The position numbers and the translations under genes are program-made. From assembly GCA_030698495.1 (NCBI GenBank), contig JAUYKA010000018.1, positions 1-57,310 on the forward strand: DNA of 57,310 nt. The letters run 5' to 3'. The stretch's first letter is position 1, and every line of letters starts with the position of its first letter. Source of the DNA: a bacterium (GTDB taxonomy: Bacteria > Patescibacteriota > Andersenbacteria > UBA10190). The notes under the pieces were generated by a model. It saw nothing but the letters and a program-made list of their open reading frames with translations, made no database searches and was not told where the DNA came from. Shown here piece after piece: positions 57,166 through 57,310 of the stretch.

Positions 57166-57310
57166 CCCGCAGTCTTGTCTAATACAAGACTGGCCTGAAC
57201 AACCCCTCGGTTTCTAACACAAAAGTGGCCTGAAGCCGAAACTAAAAAGCGTGTGCCGTAGCATAGGGATATATGACCATCACTATGAACAACACACGCG
57301 TTCTTACCAT

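Noticed and set aside
1-57310. Alternative genetic code (TGA read as Gly, code 25)
   Set aside because: Conserved genes are intact under code 11, TGA acts as a stop and RF2 is present.

Overview
A 57 kb stretch of a gene-dense bacterial chromosome. Gene content and style suggest Patescibacteria/CPR, which is an inference: compact GluRS, split transketolase with rpe and rpiB, many membrane-anchored hypotheticals, little biosynthesis. It is mostly housekeeping: aspS, ctpA-like, rplI, pyrG, rpmA, uppS, gltX, priA, ftsE/ftsX, frameshifted prfB, htrA, trxB, tsaC, xseA/B, four intact tRNAs, one complete IS and a probable ISL3 end. The most interesting signals are: (1) an intact tRNA-Gly(CCC) nested inside a second tRNA-Gly gene that is broken up by tiny palindromic insertions; (2) a family of 17-60 bp palindromic elements that insert into each other, into tRNA and in frame into pyrG, alongside dispersed 7-9 bp tandem arrays; (3) a cobalamin-riboswitch operon encoding transcobalamin-like (DUF4430 and alpha/alpha-barrel) surface proteins plus an ECF S-component, with a stand-alone MetE-core protein elsewhere in the window as a possible corrinoid user; (4) several unexplained structured RNA-like regions and unannotated small ORFs. 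All calls come from reading motifs by eye; no database search was run.
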